A stretch of 64,000 nt of DNA. Source: Phycisphaerae bacterium (GTDB lineage: Bacteria > Planctomycetota > Phycisphaerae > SM23-33). The stretch lies in NCBI GenBank assembly GCA_011050235.1, contig DRGC01000021.1, positions 6,081-70,080 of the forward strand, given 5' to 3'. This document shows, in pieces, positions 9,704 through 19,667 of the stretch. Numbering within the stretch: position 1 is the first letter of the stretch; the number at the start of each line of letters is the position of its first letter. The position numbers were made by a program, and so were the translations under genes. The notes beneath the pieces were generated by a model that searched no databases, was not told the origin of the DNA, and worked only from the letters and a program-made list of their open reading frames with translations.

Positions 9704-11323
9704 TTAGACGACCGCGCCGGTTACGGGGGCTTCGTCGTCCTTGGCGTCGAACTCGGTGACCATCAGGTCGGTCGTCAGCAGCAGGCCCGCCACGGAGGCG
9801 GCGTTCTGCAGAGCGGTCCGGGTGACCTTGGCCGGGTCGATGATGCCGGCGGCGACCATGTCGGTGAACTCGCCCTTGGAGGCGTCGTAGCCGTGGGCGC
9901 CCTTTTTCTCCAGGATCTGGGCGACGATGACGTCGCCTTCGTCGCCGGTGTTCTCGGCGATCTGGCGGGCCGGCGCCGACAGGGCCTTGGCTACGACGTC
10001 CACGCCGACTTTCTCGTCGCCGCGGGCTTTGCCCCGGGCGGCGGTGACGGCGTCGATCGCGCGCAGCAGCGCCACGCCGCCGCCGGGCACGACGCCCTCT
10101 TCGCTGGCAGCCCGTGTGGCGTGGACCGCGTCGTCGATGAGATCCTTGCGTTCCTTCATCTCCGTCTCGGTCGCCGCGCCGGCCTTGACCACGGCCACGC
10201 CGCCGGTCAGCTTGGCCAGCCGCTCGGAAAGCTTCTCCCGATCGTAGTCGCTGGTGGTCTTTTCGATCTGGCTGCGGATCGTCTCGACGCGGGCTTTGAT
10301 GGCCTGGGTGGTCCCGGCGCCCTCGATGATGGTGGTGGTGTCCTTGTCGACAAGGATCTTCTTGGCCCGGCCCAGGCTGGCCAGCTCGATGTTCTCGAGT
10401 TTTTCGCCGAGGTCTTCACTGATGACCTGCCCGCCGGTGAGGGCGGCGATGTCGGCGAGCATGGCCTTGCGGCGGTCGCCGAAGGCCGGCGCCTTGACCG
10501 CACAGACCTTCAGGATGCCGCGCAGCTTGTTGATCACCAGCGCCGCCAGGGCCTCGCCATCGACGTCTTCGGCGATCACCAGCAGCGGCTTGCCGGTCTG
10601 GGCGAGCTTCTCCAGAAGCGGGACCAGGTCGCGCAGGGAGGAGACTTTCTTCTCGTGGATCAGGATGTAGGCGTCTTCCAGCTCGGCGTCGAGCGTGGTG
10701 GGGTTGGTCATGAAGTAGGGCGAGATAAAGCCCTTGTCGAACTGCATGCCTTCGACGACGTCGAGTTCGTTCTCCAGCGCCTTGCCTTCCTCGACGGTGA
10801 TGACGCCCTCGGTGCCGACCTTTTCGAACGCCTCGGCGATCAGGGCGCCGACGGTGGTGTCCCAGTTGGCCGAGACCGTCGCGACATTACGCAGGTCGTC
10901 GGTGGTCTTACAGGGCTTGGCCATTTTGGCGATGGCTTCGACGGCGGCTTCGACGGCCTGGTCGATGCCTCGCTTGACGGCCATCGGGTTGGCCCCGGCG
11001 GTGACGTTCTTGAGGCCTTCGGCGAGCATCGCCTCGGCCAGCACGACCGCGGTGGTCGTGCCGTCGCCGGCGACGTCGGAGGTCTTGCTGGCGACCTGGT
11101 TGGCCATCTTGGCGCCCATGTTCTCAAAGGGATTGGGCAGCTCGACGTCCTTGGAGACCGTCACGCCGTCTTTGGTGACCTTCGGCCCGCCGTAGGACTT
11201 CTGCAGCAGGACGTTTCGCCCCGTCGGGCCGAGCGTGACCTTGACGGCGGCGGCCAGCTTGGCGACGCCCTGAAGCATCGCGGCGCGGGCGTCGGCCTCG
11301 TATAACATCTGCTTTCCAGCCAT
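9704..11323 (-). CDS. groL: Chaperonin GroEL (paralog without GGM tail)
   Basis: [37 protein letters not shown]. Confidence 0.97.
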   Translation of the reverse strand: MAGKQMLYEADARAAMLQGVAKLAAAVKVTLGPTGRNVLLQKSYGGPKVTKDGVTVSKDVELPNPFENMGAKMANQVASKTSDVAGDGTTTAVVLAEAMLAEGLKNVTAGANPMAVKRGIDQAVEAAVEAIAKMAKPCKTTDDLRNVATVSANWDTTVGALIAEAFEKVGTEGVITVEEGKALENELDVVEGMQFDKGFISPYFMTNPTTLDAELEDAYILIHEKKVSSLRDLVPLLEKLAQTGKPLLVIAEDVDGEALAALVINKLRGILKVCAVKAPAFGDRRKAMLADIAALTGGQVISEDLGEKLENIELASLGRAKKILVDKDTTTIIEGAGTTQAIKARVETIRSQIEKTTSDYDREKLSERLAKLTGGVAVVKAGAATETEMKERKDLIDDAVHATRAASEEGVVPGGGVALLRAIDAVTAARGKARGDEKVGVDVVAKALSAPARQIAENTGDEGDVIVAQILEKKGAHGYDASKGEFTDMVAAGIIDPAKVTRTALQNAASVAGLLLTTDLMVTEFDAKDDEAPVTGAVV

Positions 11324-11367
11324 GGTTGACTCCTATTCGTTGCCGGGCACAAGGCGCCGGCGGAAGG

Positions 11368-11661
11368 TTATTTCTTGACGACGACAGCCAGGACGTCGGA
11401 CTCTTTGCAGATCACGTAATCATCGCCGTCGATCTTCACTTCCGTGCCGGCGTACTTGCCGTAATAGACCGTGTCGCCGGCCTTGACGCCCAGCTTGCCT
11501 CGCTTGCCGGTGTCGAGCAACCGGCCCGGCCCGACGGCAACGACCTTGCCCATCTGGGGCTTTTCCTTGGCCGTGTCGGGAAGCACGATGCCGCCCGCGG
11601 TTTTCTGTTCAGCGTCAGACTGCTTGATCAGCACGCGATCATCCAGGGGCTTAACTGCCAT
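11368..11661 (-). CDS. groS: Co-chaperonin GroES
   Basis: [32 protein letters not shown]. Confidence 0.97.
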   Translation of the reverse strand: MAVKPLDDRVLIKQSDAEQKTAGGIVLPDTAKEKPQMGKVVAVGPGRLLDTGKRGKLGVKAGDTVYYGKYAGTEVKIDGDDYVICKESDVLAVVVKK

Positions 11662-11699
11662 GATGATGCTCCTTTGATATCGTTTTGTTCGTTAATTCG

Positions 11700-11984
11700 T
11701 TAATTGGTTAACTCGTTGGCTGACTGGGTCGTCGACCCATCATTCGCTGATGGTTCCAGGTCCGCTACCCGGACAAAGAAGTTTTCGCCGCCGTCGGGCT
11801 TGACCGTCACGTGAGCGTCGCCCGGCCGAGTTTCGGGAGGCAGTGCGTTGTTGCCCGCACGCGTGGCGCTCACCTCTGAGAACGAAAGTCCCGTGAATTC
11901 GACTACCGTAACGATCTGTTCTTCACCAGTCGCACGGTCACACCAACGGCACCTCTCACCGACCTTGACGTTCTTTATGTCCAT
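11700..11984 (-). CDS. Small hypothetical protein inside the chaperonin operon
   Basis: 94-aa ORF co-oriented with groL/groS and filling the gap. Purine-rich upstream sequence. No family recognised. Confidence 0.6.
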   Translation of the reverse strand: MDIKNVKVGERCRWCDRATGEEQIVTVVEFTGLSFSEVSATRAGNNALPPETRPGDAHVTVKPDGGENFFVRVADLEPSANDGSTTQSANELTN

Positions 11985-11998
11985 GGTTCATCTCTTTT

Positions 11999-12090
11999 CA
12001 TTCAGCATTCAGCATTCAGCATTCGACATTCAGCATCCTCCTTCGCCAAGGCTTCGGAGGACAAGTTGGTCATTGGGCATTGGTCATTAG
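11999..12090. repeat. Short tandem heptamer repeats plus REP-like palindrome
   Basis: CATTCAG x5 with one variant (11999-12033), CCTCCTTCGCCAAGGCTTCGGAGG (12037-12060), TTGGTCA/TTGGGCA x3 (12066-12086). Confidence 0.8.
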
Positions 12091-12099
12091 CTGTTGGCC

Positions 12100-13803
12100 C
12101 TACATCATGCCGCCCATGCCCCCCATACCGCCCATTCCCATGCCGCCGCCCATACCGCCCATGCCACCCATGCCGCCGCCCATACCGCCCATGCCGCCGG
12201 GGCCGCCGGCCGGCATGTCGTCTTCATCTTTGGGCGCCTCGGATATGCAGCAGTCGCACGTCAGCAGCAGCGCCGCCACCGAGGCGGCGTTCTGCAGCGC
12301 GATGCGGGTGACCTTCGTCGGGTCGATCACGCCGGCGGCGACGAGGTCTTCAAACACCATCGTATCGGCGTTGAAGCCAAAGCCGCCCTTGCCGTCTTGG
12401 ACCTTCTTGAGCACCACCGACGGCTGCTGGCCGGCGTTGGCGACGATCTGCCGCAACGGCTCGGTCAGCGCCTTGCGGACGATCGCGGCGCCGGTGGCCT
12501 CGTCGCCGGTGAGCTTCAGGGCGTCGACAGCCTTGAGCGAACGGACCAGCGCGACCCCGCCTCCGGGCAGGATGCCTTCTTCGATCGCGGCGCGGGTGGC
12601 GTGCAGGGCGTCTTCGATACGGGCCTTCTTTTCCTTCATCTCGCTTTCGGTGGCGGCCCCGACGTTAATCTCGGCGACGCCGCCGGCGAGCTTGGCCAGA
12701 CGCTCCTGGAGCTTCTCGCGGTCGTAATCGCTGGTGGTGGTCTCGATCTCGGCGCGGATCTGCCCGATGCGGGCCTGGATCGCCTTGCTGGCGCCGGCGC
12801 CTTCGATGATGGTCGTGTTGTCGTTGTCGATGCGGATCTTCTTGGCCGTGCCCAGATCGGCCAGCGTGATGGATTCCAGATCGATGCCCAGATCCTTCGT
12901 GAACACCTTGCCGCCGGTGAGGATGCCGATATCGCCCAGCATCGCCTTGCGGCGATCGCCGTAGCCCGGCGCCTTGACGGCGGCGACCGACAGGATGCCC
13001 CGCATCTTGTTGACCACCAGCGTGGCCAGGGCCTCGCCCTCGACGTCCTCGGAGATAATCAGCAGAGGGCGATTGGCCTGGGAGGCGCTTTCCAGCAGCG
13101 GCACGAGCTTGGTCACGTTGGAGATCTTGTCTTCGTGGATCAGAATCAGGGGCTTATCGAACACACATTCCATCGCTTCTTGATCGGTGACGAAATGCGG
13201 CGACAGGTACCCGCGGTCAAACTGCATGCCCTCGACGACGTCGATGGTGGTTTCGAGGCTCTTGCCTTCCTCGACGGTGATCACGCCGTCGCGGCCGACC
13301 TTGTCCATCGCCTCAGCCAGCATCTTACCGACGGCGGGATCGTTGTTGGCGCTGATGGCGGCGATGTTGCGGATGTCGGCGTCGTCGGCGACGGGCTTGG
13401 ACATCTTGGCCAGATCGGCGATCGCGGCGTCGACCGCACGGCGAATGCCGCGGGCCAGCGCCATCGCATCGGCGCCGGCGGCGAGGTTGCGGTAGCCTTC
13501 GGCGAAGATCGCCTCAGCCAGCACGGTGGCCGTCGTCGTGCCGTCGCCGGCGTCGTCGGAGGTCTTGGAGGCGGCCTCTTTGACCAGTTGGGCGCCCATG
13601 TTTTCGCTCTTGTCGGTCAGCTCGATTTCCTCGGCGACCATGACGCCGTCCTTGGTGACCGTCGGAGCGCCCCATCCCTTGTCCAGGATGGCGTTACGTC
13701 CGCGGGGGCCGAGCGTGCTCTTGACGGCCCGCGCGAGCTTGCGCACGCCGTTCAGCAGGGCCTCCCGGGCCTGAATATCAAAAACCAGTTGCTTGACAGC
13801 CAT
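12100..13803 (-). CDS. groL: Chaperonin GroEL (paralog with long GGM tail)
   Basis: [25 protein letters not shown]-terminal (GGM)n. Confidence 0.97.
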   Translation of the reverse strand: MAVKQLVFDIQAREALLNGVRKLARAVKSTLGPRGRNAILDKGWGAPTVTKDGVMVAEEIELTDKSENMGAQLVKEAASKTSDDAGDGTTTATVLAEAIFAEGYRNLAAGADAMALARGIRRAVDAAIADLAKMSKPVADDADIRNIAAISANNDPAVGKMLAEAMDKVGRDGVITVEEGKSLETTIDVVEGMQFDRGYLSPHFVTDQEAMECVFDKPLILIHEDKISNVTKLVPLLESASQANRPLLIISEDVEGEALATLVVNKMRGILSVAAVKAPGYGDRRKAMLGDIGILTGGKVFTKDLGIDLESITLADLGTAKKIRIDNDNTTIIEGAGASKAIQARIGQIRAEIETTTSDYDREKLQERLAKLAGGVAEINVGAATESEMKEKKARIEDALHATRAAIEEGILPGGGVALVRSLKAVDALKLTGDEATGAAIVRKALTEPLRQIVANAGQQPSVVLKKVQDGKGGFGFNADTMVFEDLVAAGVIDPTKVTRIALQNAASVAALLLTCDCCISEAPKDEDDMPAGGPGGMGGMGGGMGGMGGMGGGMGMGGMGGMGGMM

Positions 13804-13923
13804 TGGATGAATCTCCTTTCGGCTTCTTATAAGTTCTGTTGTAATCTGGCCTTACATGTTTGTGTCCGTCCCGTCCCGGCGCAGTCAACGCGCAGCGGGC
13901 CCCGAGACGTCGGTATAACTATT

Positions 13924-13940
13924 AGCAATGGGCGTGCCGA
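13924..13940 (-). promoter_or_regulatory. Sigma-54 (-24/-12) promoter upstream of groEL operon
   Basis: Minus strand reads TCGGCACG-CCCA-TTGCT versus consensus TGGCACG-N4-TTGCW, with correct GG-N10-GC spacing, about 120 nt upstream of groL. Confidence 0.75.
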
Positions 13941-14149
13941 AAGTCGTAACGGTTTCAGATCACGGCAGTTAATGAATTTATTGCAAATGTCAGCCCGCGC
14001 CGAATGCTGCCATGTCAGCACATCCAGTTGCAGCACTGGCAGTTTTTGACAGAGCCCCCGGCCAGCGGCGTGGAGCTGCTGGGAAATTCCTGAAACTCCC
14101 GACAGGTCTGTCCGGAAAGCGTGGCTAGAATGTCTATAGCTCGTTTCTT

Positions 14150-14250
14150 CGGGAGGGAGTTTCGGCGAGCCCGGGAAAGGGAGAGCCAAGCATCCCGTCA
14201 GCCAGAAGGGCGAACGCCCTCGCGCAGCAGGGAAGTGCTCGACGGTTTAA
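14150..14250 (+). ncRNA. Candidate structured cis-regulatory leader RNA (unassigned)
   Basis: Several nested or alternative stems immediately upstream of the RBS (AAGGAG) of the PEP-CTERM gene; see findings. Confidence 0.45.
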
Positions 14251-14278
14251 CGGCTCTGCAAATCAAGGAGACTACTAA

Positions 14279-15367
14279 ATGATGAGCAAGCGAATTGTTG
14301 TTGTGATGATGGCGGCCGGGATATGCGCGGCCCTGGCCCAGGCGGGCATTCGGGCGGATCTGTCGGGCGACGCCGTGGTGGACTTCGCCACGACCATGGA
14401 CATGCCGTTTATGAATGTGGGCAATCCGGGCAATGCCGCGGACACGGAAGTCATGGACGACGGGACAACAGGTTACGGCGGCGTGGACTATGCCTACAAC
14501 ATCGGCAAGTTCGAGGTCACGGCCGGTCAGTACACTGAGTTCCTCAACGCTGTGGCTGCCACGGATACATACGGCCTCTACAACCCGACCATGTGGTCGT
14601 CGGAATACGGCTGCAAGATTCTGCGCAGCGGCTCGTCGGGCAGCTACGCTTACGCAGTCGCGGCCGATTGGGAGGATCGCCCAGTGAACTACGTTTCGTG
14701 GGGCGATTCGGCGAGGTTCTCCAACTGGCTGACCAACGGCATGCCGACGGGCGCTCAGAACCTGACGACGACAGAGGATGGTTCGTACTTCCTCAACGGG
14801 GCTACCAGCGTTGATGCGCTTCAGGCTGTAACACGTGAGGCCGACGCTCGCTACGTCATCCCCAGCGAGGATGAATGGTACAAGGCGGCCTATCACAAGA
14901 ATGACGGCGTCACAGGCAACTACTTCGACTATTCCACCGGTAGCGATGCTGTCCCAAGCAACGACCTCATCGAGCCGGACCCGGGCAATAATGCCAGCTT
15001 CTGGGACTGGGGTGCTAACGACTACACGATCGGCAGTCCCTACTGGCAGACGGAGGTCGGCGAGTTCGAGAACTCCGAAAGCCCCTACGACACGTTCGAC
15101 ATGGGCGGCAACGTCTGGGAATGGAACGAGGCGATCCCGTACTGGTCGTATCGCGGCTTGCGGGGCGGGGCGTTCGGCGACGACGTCGTCTACTACCTGC
15201 ACGCGTCGAGCCGCGGCTACCTCGACCTGTGGCTCGAGCGCTACGACTTCGGGTTTCGTGTCTCCGAGATTCCTGAGCCCGCTACGATGGGGCTGTTGGC
15301 GTTAGGCGGCATGGGCCTGCTACGCCGCAAGTCGAAGATCCCTTCGGGACGCGGCTACGCAGGCTGA
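14279..15367 (+). CDS. SUMF1/FGE-sulfatase (C-type lectin fold) protein with PEP-CTERM sorting signal
   Basis: Signal peptide, VGNPGNAAD, IGKFEVT, PSEDEWYKAAY, DMGGNVWEW, RGG..GFRV, IPEPATMGLLALGGMGLLRRK. Confidence 0.9.
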   Translation: MMSKRIVVVMMAAGICAALAQAGIRADLSGDAVVDFATTMDMPFMNVGNPGNAADTEVMDDGTTGYGGVDYAYNIGKFEVTAGQYTEFLNAVAATDTYGLYNPTMWSSEYGCKILRSGSSGSYAYAVAADWEDRPVNYVSWGDSARFSNWLTNGMPTGAQNLTTTEDGSYFLNGATSVDALQAVTREADARYVIPSEDEWYKAAYHKNDGVTGNYFDYSTGSDAVPSNDLIEPDPGNNASFWDWGANDYTIGSPYWQTEVGEFENSESPYDTFDMGGNVWEWNEAIPYWSYRGLRGGAFGDDVVYYLHASSRGYLDLWLERYDFGFRVSEIPEPATMGLLALGGMGLLRRKSKIPSGRGYAG

Positions 15368-15467
15368 ACGCTGAGAAGGCGCAAGGGCGTTCGAGGATAA
15401 CCCCGTCCTTCATCTGCTGGGAATGGCGGGACGCGCCACCCGGAGTTGCGTGATATCGGAATCTGCT

Positions 15468-16535
15468 CTAGGGGTGGAACGACCCGCGGGGGTCGTCGTA
15501 TTGGGCCTTGAGATCGTCTTTGGTCATGCTGCGGACCTTGCCGTCGACGGTCAGGACGTTGGCCTTGCCGAGGTGGCGGGCCATGATCTCGCCGTTGTCG
15601 GTCTGATCGTCGAAAGGTTGATCGATCGCGGGGCGGTGGAGGTTGATCTCCGGGACGTTGTATTCGATCAGGCAGATCTGGTTCAAGCTCGGGTGGGTGT
15701 TCTTGACCAGGCTGTTCATGCCGTAGCTGACCTTGGAGAAGTTGACGAAGGCCTTGGCGACTTCGAGATTGCTCTTGCCGACGAACTGGCGGATGATGTT
15801 GTCTTGCCAGTTGTCGCTGGGGCCCTGCCAGAGATAATGGTCGCTGCCGATCTGGCTGCCGTACTCGGCCGTCCATTCGGGCCGGGGGTCGTACTCGACG
15901 ATCTCCAGGTAGGTGGCGTGGAACGTCACCACGATCGCGCCCGATCCCGCGGTCATGAGCATCTGGTTGTCGGCGAGCGCGCCGCCGATGGTGGCGAGGT
16001 ATTCCGACCAACTGAAGCCCTTGCTGTCGTAGTAATGGCCGACGTAGGCGTTGCCCTGGTACATGTAGGAGACCTGCTTGTCGGGCGGCTGGAGGCCCCT
16101 CATCATGTCGTACAGGGACGTATCGAACTCGCCGTAATGGCCGCCTTCGGTACTGCTTTGGTGAAAATAGAGGTTCTTGAGACCCGCGAACGGATCACTG
16201 GGCGGCTCGCGGTCGCTGGGGCAGATGATCAGGTCCAGCAGGTTCACCTCGACCAGGCTGGCCTGCCAGCGGGAGGAGTCCGGCACGGTGATGCCGATGT
16301 TGTGCTGGAGGTCCTTGGCCTCGGCGCCCTCAACCAGCAGCACCAAGCCGATGTGATGCATCTGGTTCTTACAGAACGCCGACCGCGACATCTCGGCCAC
16401 GCGGAGAAACGACGGCGCGACGATCGCCACCAGCATCGTCATCATGCTCAGGACGATCAGGGTTTCGGTCAGTGTAAACGCCGGCAGGCCCGGTGGGGGT
16501 CGCCGTGATGTGTCGAATTGTCGGTTCTCTATCAA
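15468..16535 (-). CDS. Prepilin-type N-terminal cleavage/methylation protein (DUF1559-like, H-X9-DG)
   Basis: AFTLTETLIVL followed by a hydrophobic helix, C..QMHHIG, CPSD, SYGMN, RHLGKANVLTVDG. Start codon uncertain. Confidence 0.8.
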   Translation of the reverse strand: MIENRQFDTSRRPPPGLPAFTLTETLIVLSMMTMLVAIVAPSFLRVAEMSRSAFCKNQMHHIGLVLLVEGAEAKDLQHNIGITVPDSSRWQASLVEVNLLDLIICPSDREPPSDPFAGLKNLYFHQSSTEGGHYGEFDTSLYDMMRGLQPPDKQVSYMYQGNAYVGHYYDSKGFSWSEYLATIGGALADNQMLMTAGSGAIVVTFHATYLEIVEYDPRPEWTAEYGSQIGSDHYLWQGPSDNWQDNIIRQFVGKSNLEVAKAFVNFSKVSYGMNSLVKNTHPSLNQICLIEYNVPEINLHRPAIDQPFDDQTDNGEIMARHLGKANVLTVDGKVRSMTKDDLKAQYDDPRGSFHP

Positions 16536-16683
16536 GTGTATGTCCCCATCGCCGGCGCCTCCGGCCGGAGCATCCCATTGTACTCGCTACGGGCGGTTTC
16601 GAACAGGCCGCCGCCGGCAATAAAACGCCGCCGCCACGTGTCTTGCCGCCCGCCCGTCGGTCGCCTATCATCGCCGATTGCCC

Positions 16684-19299
16684 ATGACCAGCGAGACGCC
16701 CGCACAACTCGATACGCCCGCGATGCGGCAGTATCGGCAGTTCAAACAGCAGTACCCCGAGTACCTGCTGTTTTTTCGCATGGGCGATTTCTACGAGTTG
16801 TTCTACGACGACGCCAAAGTCGCCAGCCGCGAGCTGGGCCTGGCCCTGACGGCCCGCAGCAAAGGGCCCTCAGCCGTCCCGCTGGCGGGGATCCCCTACC
16901 ATGCCCTGGACAGCTATCTCGCGCGACTGGTCCGCGCCGGCCATCGCGTCGCAATTTGCGAGCAGGTCGAGGACCCGAAGGAGGCCAAGGGTGTCGTCAA
17001 GCGGGATGTGGTCCGGCTGGTGACGCCCGGGACGCTGACCGACCAGACGCTGCTGGACCAGCGCGAGGGCAACTACCTGGCGGCCATCTTTGGCCCGCGC
17101 AGCGCTGACGGGCTCGCAGGCGTGGCGTGGGTGGAGCTATCCAGCGGGGCGTTTCAGACCATGCTTACCCCCGCCGACCACGCGCTGGATGAGCTGATCC
17201 GCATCGGGGCGGCGGAGGTCCTGCTGCCGGAAGGATCATCCTTCGACGCGCCGGAGTTCCGAGATGCGGTGCGCCAGTGCACGCAGGCGGCGGCTACCGT
17301 TCGTCCGGCGTGGGCGTTCGACGCCCACGGCGCGATGGAGGCGCTGCACGGGCACTTCCAGGTGACCACGCTCGAGGGGTTCGGCTTCGACGGGTGGGAT
17401 GCGTCGCTATCGGCGGCGGGGGCGGTGATCGAATACCTCGGCGAGACGCAGAAGACCTCGCTGGCCCACATTCGCGTGCTCAAGAAATTCGATCGCACCG
17501 ACCACATGGTCATCGACGGCAACACGCTGCGATGCCTCGAGGTCCACCGCACGCTGCGGACCAACCAGCGATCGGGCAGCCTGCTGGCCTGCATCGACGA
17601 GACCTGCACCGGCACGGGCGCCAGGCTGCTGGGGCGGTGGCTGACCTTCCCGCTGACCGGCTACAGCGCCATCGTCGCCCGCCAGGACGCGGTCGAGGAA
17701 CTCACGCAGGATCGGCGGCGCCTCAGGGAGATCCGCGACCTGCTGGGCGAGACCTCGCAGATCGATCGGATCGCAAGCAACGTCGCCCTCGGCCGGGTCC
17801 GCCCGCGCGAACTGCTCGCCCTGGGCCAGACGCTGAAGCTCCTGCCGCAACTGACAGCCGCCATCGACGGCTGCAGCGCCGAGTTGACCGCACAGCTCGC
17901 CCCCGCGCTGACGGGGCTGGAGGCGCCGGCCGAGCTGATCGCCGGGGCCATCGATGCGGATTGCCCCAACACGCTGCGGGAGGGCCGCGTGATTGCCGAC
18001 GGGTATGACGACCAGCTCGACCGCCTGCGCCGCATCGGCACGGACGGGGAGAGTTGGCTTGCCAAGTACCAGGCCGACCAGGTCCGGCGGACCGGCATCA
18101 CGAACCTGAAGGTCGGCTTCAACAAGGTCTTTGGGTACTACATCGAGATTACCAACGTTCATAGCCACAAGGCGCCGGCCGACTACGTCCGCAAGCAGAC
18201 GCTCAAGAACGCCGAGCGATACATCACCGACGAGCTGAAGCGCTACGAGAGCGAGGTCCTCACGGCCGGTGAGCGGGCCAAGAGCATCGAGGCGACGCTG
18301 TTCGAGCGCGTCCGCGTTGAGGTGGCCGAGTTCCTCGCTCCCCTGCAGGCCGCGGCCGAGGCGACAGCGACGCTGGACGTGCTAGCGGCCCTGGCGACCC
18401 TGGCGATCGACCGCGGCTACATCCGCCCGACGATCACACAGGATAACGTCCTCAGCATCATCGCGGGAAAGCATCCGGTCCTAGCCCAGCAACTGGCCGA
18501 GCAGTTTGTCCCCAACGACGTGACGATGGATGCTGACGACAACCGCCTGCTGCTGATCACCGGGCCGAACATGGCCGGCAAGAGCACCTACATCCGCCAG
18601 GTCGCCCTGCTGGTGCTGCTGGCCCAGACGGGCAGCTTTATCCCGGCCGAGTCCGCGACCATCGGCCTGGCCGACCGGATCTTCACCCGCGTGGGGGCCG
18701 CCGACGAACTGACCCGCGGGCTGAGCACGTTCATGCTCGAGATGGTCGAGACCGCCAACATCCTCAACAACGCCACCGCCCGCTCGCTGGTGATCCTCGA
18801 CGAGGTCGGCCGCGGCACGAGCACCTACGACGGGCTCGCGCTGGCGTGGGCGATCAGCGAACACCTCGCCCTGCGCGTCAAATGCCGCGCCCTGTTCGCC
18901 ACCCACTACCACGAGCTGACCGAGCTGGAGAGCCTCCTGGACGGCACGCGGAACTACAACGTCGCCGTGCGGGAATGGGCCGACGAGGTGATCTTCCTCC
19001 ATAAGATCGTCCCCGGCGGCTGCGACCAGAGCTACGGCGTCCACGTCGCTCGCCTGGCGGGCGTGCCCAAGGACGTCATCGACCGCGCCCGGACGATCCT
19101 GCCGCAATTGCAGGCCCACCTGGCCGAGGGCCTGGACATGCCCGAACTCGCCCGCCGCGCCACCGCCGCCGCCGAGCAAATGAAACTCTTCGCCGACAAG
19201 CCCGCCCACGTCGCCCGCGAACTCCGCGCCGCCGACCTCGACAACCTAACCCCCATGCAAGCCCTCGAACTCCTCCGCAAGCTCAAGGGCGATCTGTAA
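16684..19299 (+). CDS. mutS: DNA mismatch repair protein MutS
   Basis: [51 protein letters not shown]. Alternative TTG start at 16678. Confidence 0.97.
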   Translation: MTSETPAQLDTPAMRQYRQFKQQYPEYLLFFRMGDFYELFYDDAKVASRELGLALTARSKGPSAVPLAGIPYHALDSYLARLVRAGHRVAICEQVEDPKEAKGVVKRDVVRLVTPGTLTDQTLLDQREGNYLAAIFGPRSADGLAGVAWVELSSGAFQTMLTPADHALDELIRIGAAEVLLPEGSSFDAPEFRDAVRQCTQAAATVRPAWAFDAHGAMEALHGHFQVTTLEGFGFDGWDASLSAAGAVIEYLGETQKTSLAHIRVLKKFDRTDHMVIDGNTLRCLEVHRTLRTNQRSGSLLACIDETCTGTGARLLGRWLTFPLTGYSAIVARQDAVEELTQDRRRLREIRDLLGETSQIDRIASNVALGRVRPRELLALGQTLKLLPQLTAAIDGCSAELTAQLAPALTGLEAPAELIAGAIDADCPNTLREGRVIADGYDDQLDRLRRIGTDGESWLAKYQADQVRRTGITNLKVGFNKVFGYYIEITNVHSHKAPADYVRKQTLKNAERYITDELKRYESEVLTAGERAKSIEATLFERVRVEVAEFLAPLQAAAEATATLDVLAALATLAIDRGYIRPTITQDNVLSIIAGKHPVLAQQLAEQFVPNDVTMDADDNRLLLITGPNMAGKSTYIRQVALLVLLAQTGSFIPAESATIGLADRIFTRVGAADELTRGLSTFMLEMVETANILNNATARSLVILDEVGRGTSTYDGLALAWAISEHLALRVKCRALFATHYHELTELESLLDGTRNYNVAVREWADEVIFLHKIVPGGCDQSYGVHVARLAGVPKDVIDRARTILPQLQAHLAEGLDMPELARRATAAAEQMKLFADKPAHVARELRAADLDNLTPMQALELLRKLKGDL

Positions 19300-19376
19300 G
19301 CTGGCAAATCCTTGCCCAAGGGGCGGCGGAAAGCTAGACTGACAGATGAACGCACGCCCTTGCTAACGGTGCAGCC

Positions 19377-19667
19377 ATGAAACGTCAGGACGTTCTGGAT
19401 AAGCTCAAAGACGCCCGTGAAGACCTCGATCGGTTCCACGTCGCGTCGCTGTCGGTGTTCGGCTCAGTCGCCCGGGACGAGGCCGCCAACACGAGCGATG
19501 TTGACCTCCTGGTAGAGTTCAGCAGACCGATTGGCCTGTTCGATTTCGTGCGCCTCAAGCGCCGGCTTGAAGAGATTCTCGGCTGTAGCGTCGATCTGGG
19601 CACGCCGGACTCGCTGAAAGACCGCATTCGCGAACAGGTGCTGGAGGAGGCCGTCCGTGTCGCCTAG
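19377..19667 (+). CDS. Minimal nucleotidyltransferase (MNT) antitoxin
   Basis: GS-X10-DxD motif (FGSVARDEAANTSDVD), 96 aa, overlaps the HEPN gene. Confidence 0.9.
   Translation: MKRQDVLDKLKDAREDLDRFHVASLSVFGSVARDEAANTSDVDLLVEFSRPIGLFDFVRLKRRLEEILGCSVDLGTPDSLKDRIREQVLEEAVRVA

Noticed and set aside
12103..12205. Tandem 9-nt repeats
   Set aside because: They encode the ordinary GroEL GGM tail
8438..14049. Very long plus-strand ORFs (8438-11305, 12094-14049) opposite dnaJ/groEL
   Set aside because: Antisense shadows of conserved high-GC genes, with no recognisable motifs
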